Origin: the human T2T-CHM13v2.0 reference genome, Homo sapiens
Strand: one strand, 5' to 3'
Length of the DNA: 64,000 nucleotides
NCBI RefSeq assembly: GCF_009914755.1
Contig: NC_060940.1
Shown: positions 60,501 to 64,000 of the stretch, one piece after another
Layout of the letters: every line of letters begins with the position of its first letter
Position numbering within the stretch: the stretch's first letter is position 1
Notes under the pieces: model-generated
Databases searched by the model: none
What the model saw: the letters and a program-made list of their open reading frames with translations, nothing else
Told to the model about the DNA's origin: nothing
Made by a program: the position numbers and the translations under genes

Positions 60501-63500
60501 CCATTCGATGTTACCATTCGAGTATATACGATGATTCCACTCGATTCCATTTGATGATTATTCCATTGGAGTCCACTTAGTGAATCCTTTAGATTCTACT
60601 GGAAGATGATTCCATTCGAGTCCATTCGATGATACCATTCAATTCCATTCGTTGATGCTTCCATTCAAGTGCATTTGATGATATCATTCGATTCCATTTG
60701 ATGATAATTCCATTTGATTCCATGCGATGATTCTATTCGATTCCATTCAATGATAATTCCATTCAATTCAGTGATTCCTCTGGACTCCATTTGATGATGA
60801 TTCCATTCAATGATTCCATTCGATTCTATTCGAAAATGATTCCATTTGAATCCATTTGATGATGATTCCATTGGATTCCATTTGATGATTCCATTCGATT
60901 CCATTCGATGATGATTCCATTCGATTCCTTTTGATGATTCCATTCTATTGTATTCGATGATGATTCCATTCGATTCCATTCGATGATGATTGGATTCGAT
61001 TCCATTTGATGATTTCATTTGATTCCATTCGATAATGATTTCGATCAATTCCATTCGATGATTCCATTCGATTCCATTCGATAATGATTACATCCGAGTC
61101 CATTCGATGATTCCATTTGAGCCCGTTCGATAATTCCATTTGAGTCCAATCAATGATTCCATTCATTTCCATTCAATGATTCCATTCGAGTCCATTTGAT
61201 CATTCCGGTAGGGTCCGTTCGATGTTGATTCCATTGGAGTGCATTCGATGATTCCATTCGAGTCCATTTTAGGATTTGATTCGAGTCCTTTCGATGATTC
61301 CATTCGATTCCACTCGATGATTTCATTCGAGTCCATTCGACACTTCCAATCGATTCCATTTGATGATTCCATTCGAGTCCAATTGATGATTCCATTCAAT
61401 TCCATTCGATGATGATTCCGTACGATTCCATTCTGTGATGATTCCATGTGATTGCATTCAATGATGATTCCTTTCGATTGCATTCGATTATGATTCATTT
61501 CGTGTTCATTCTATGGTTCCACAGGTTTCCATTCGATGATGTTTCCATTCGTGTCCATTCCATTTTTCCATTCTATTCCATTTGAAGATGATTCCATTCG
61601 ATTCCATTCATTGGTGATTCCACTCAATTCCATTCAATGATTCCATTCCATTTCTTTCAACAATGATTCCATTAGTTTCTATTCGATGATCCACTTGATT
61701 CCATTTGACGATGATTCCATTCGTGTCCATTCGATGATTCCATTTGATTCCATATGATGATGATTCCATTCGATTCCATACGATGATGATTCCATTCGAG
61801 TCCATTCAATGGTGATTCCATTCAATTCCATTCGATGATTCCTTTCGATTCCATTCAATGATGATGGCATTCGATTCCTTTCGATCATTCCCTTTGATTC
61901 CATTCAAAGGTGATTTCATTCAAGTCCATTCGATAATTGCATTCGATTCCATTCTATGATGATTCCATTCGAGTCCATTTGATGATTCCATTCAATTCAA
62001 GTCAATGATGATTCCATTCGATTCCACTCGATGATTCCATTGGATTCCATTCGATGATGATTCCATTCAAATCCATTCGATAATTCAATTCAAGTCCATT
62101 CGATGATGATTCCAATCGAATCCATTCAAAGATTCCACTCAATTCCATTCGATGATGATTCCCTTAGATTCCATTCGATGATTCCACTTGATTCCATTTA
62201 CGATGATTCCATTCGATTCCATGTGATGATTCCATTCAATTCTATTCAATGATGTTTCCACTTGATTCCATTCGAACATGATTGCCTTTGATTCCATTCA
62301 ATGATTCCATACGGTTCCATTTGATGATGATTCCATTGGAGTGCATTAGATGATTCCATCCGAGTCCATTTGATGATTCCATTCGATTCCATTCGATGTT
62401 GATTCTGTTCAAATCCATTCGATGATTCCACTCGATTCCATTCGATGACTCCATTTGATCCCATTCGATGATTTCCTTTGATTCCCTTTGATGATCATTC
62501 CATTTGATTCAATTCGGTGATTTCATTTGATTCCATTCAGTGATGTTTCCATTCAACTCCTTTCGATGATGATTCCATTCGACTCCATTCGATTATGATT
62601 TCATTCAATTCCATTCGATAATGATTCCCTTCAAGTCCATTCGATGATTCCATTCGATTCCATTCAACGATGATTTGATTCGTGTCCATTCGATGATTCC
62701 ATTTGATTCCATTTGATGATGATTCCATTCGAGTCCCTTTGATGATTCCATTCAATTCCATTCTCCGATGATTTCTTCTGAGCCCATTCAATGCTTCCAC
62801 TCGATTCCATATGATGATGACTCCATTTGATGAAATTCCATGATGATTCCATTCGCTTGCATTCGATGATGATTCCACTTGAGTCCGTTAGAAGATTCTA
62901 TTCAATTACATTCCATGACGATTCTGTTCGAGTCCATTTGATGATTCCATTAGACTCCATTCGACGATGATTCCATTCGATGTTATTCGATGATGATTCC
63001 ATTCAACTCCATTCGATGTTTCCATTCGAGGTCATTCTATTATTCCATTAGATTCCATTCGATGATGATTCCATTCGATTCCATTTGATGATTGCATTCT
63101 ATTTCATTTGATGATGATTCCATTCGAGTCCATTCGATGATTCCATTCGAGTCCATTTAATGAATCCATTGGTTTCAATTCTATGATGATTACATTGGAT
63201 TCCATTCGTTGATGATTTCATTCGATTCCATTCAATGATGATTCCATTCAATTCCATTCAATGATTCCATTCAATTCCATACGATGATGATTCCATTGGA
63301 TTTGATTCCACAGTGAGCCATTCGATTCAATTCCATGATGATTCTATTTTATTCAATAGGTTGACATTTCCATTCGATTCCATTCGATGATGATTCCCTT
63401 TGATTCCATTCAAAGCTGATTCCATTCTAGCCCATTCAATCATTCCATTCGATTCTATTCAATGATGATTCCATTCATGTCGATTTGGTGATTCCATTTG

Positions 63501-63785
63501 ACTTCATTTGATGATGATTCTTTTCAAGTTCATTAGATGATTCCATTCGATTCCATTTGATGATGATCCCATTCGAGTCCATTTGATGATTCCACTCGTT
63601 TCCATTCCATGATGATTCCATTCCATTCCATTCAATGATTCCATTCGATTCCGTTTGATGATGATTTCATTCGAGTCCATTTCATGATTCCATTTGATTC
63701 CATTCGATGATGATTACATTCGAGTCCATACGATGATTCCACTCAATTCCATATGATGATGATTCCATTCGATTCCATTCGATGA
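56034..63785 (+). repeat. Copy 2 of the 23,471-bp-offset block; includes a second 4,127-bp unit (57552-61678)
   Basis: See copy 1. The variant-unit junction at ~58695 corresponds to the one at ~35225. Confidence 0.85.
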
Positions 63786-64000
63786 TTCCACTTGATTCCA
63801 TTTACGATGATTCCATTCGATTCCATGTGATGATTCCATTCAGTTCTATTCAATGCTGTTTCCATTTGATTCCATTCGACCATGATTGCCTTTGATTCCA
63901 TTCAATGACTCCATTCGGTTCCTTTTGATTATGATTCCGTTCGATTCCATTTCATTATTCCATTTGATTCCATTGGATGAGTCCATTCGATTACATTCGA

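Larger units (their letters stand above)
1..64000 (+). repeat. Human satellite II (HSat2/HSATII) pericentromeric tandem array, probably the HSat2B (chr16-type) subfamily
   Basis: Continuous degenerate CATTC repeat with hallmark CATTCGATTC, CATTCGAGTC and GATGATG spacers from first to last base. TCGA (TaqI) and GANTC (HinfI) sites are dense. There are no long pure (CATTC)n runs of the HSat3 type. A 6,112-bp periodicity is present. Confidence 0.96.

Noticed and set aside
694-62878. Numerous minus-strand ORFs of 60-193 aa (MESSNGIEWNHRM...)
   Set aside because: They are direct translations of the GAATG strand, which is rich in ATG and relatively poor in stops. They overlap in several frames, frameshift between copies and show no domain structure. 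They are not genes.
1-64000. CRISPR-like array of 23-26-bp repeats
   Set aside because: There are no unique spacers, leader or cas genes; the repeats are contiguous degenerate satellite monomers.
1-64000. HSat3, alpha satellite or CENP-B boxes
   Set aside because: Pure CATTC runs are only about 3 units long, while CATTCGATTC/GATGAT dominate. No 171-bp monomer or CENP-B box was seen.
1-64000. Inversion or strand switch, or an embedded Alu/L1/other insertion
   Set aside because: CATTC polarity is constant on +. I found no GAATG-oriented tract, poly(A) tail or non-satellite sequence, including in the two diverged blocks.
1-64000. A novel protein- or RNA-based biological system
   Set aside because: Nothing in the sequence supports one; all unusual signal is satellite higher-order architecture.

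Overview
The whole 64 kb window is one uninterrupted, single-orientation array of human satellite II-type DNA (HSat2/HSATII). It consists of degenerate CATTC pentamers in ~23/26-bp units such as ATTCCATTCG-AGTCCATTCG-ATG(ATG), all with the CATTC strand on +. An exact 6,112-bp higher-order period occurs twice, which fits the ~6.1-kb HSat2B family I recall for the human chr16 pericentromere (16q11.2); the locus assignment is an inference. I see no real genes, RNA genes, transposons or CRISPR arrays, and all listed ORFs are translations of the satellite. I found no new coding or enzymatic system. The interest is structural: the array is a patchwork of higher-order variants (periods of about 11.9, 10.2, 8.0, 6.1, 5.7, 5.6, 4.1, 3.6, 1.9 and 1.6 kb), with a 23,471-bp-offset block duplication, an 836/840-bp tandem duplication, two single-copy diverged blocks and a misplaced patch. 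The 6.1-kb and 4.1-kb units can be read as deletion derivatives of a ~11-12-kb longer unit that survives once here. Offsets were derived by hand from ORF-track coordinates and landmark k-mers; breakpoints are approximate.
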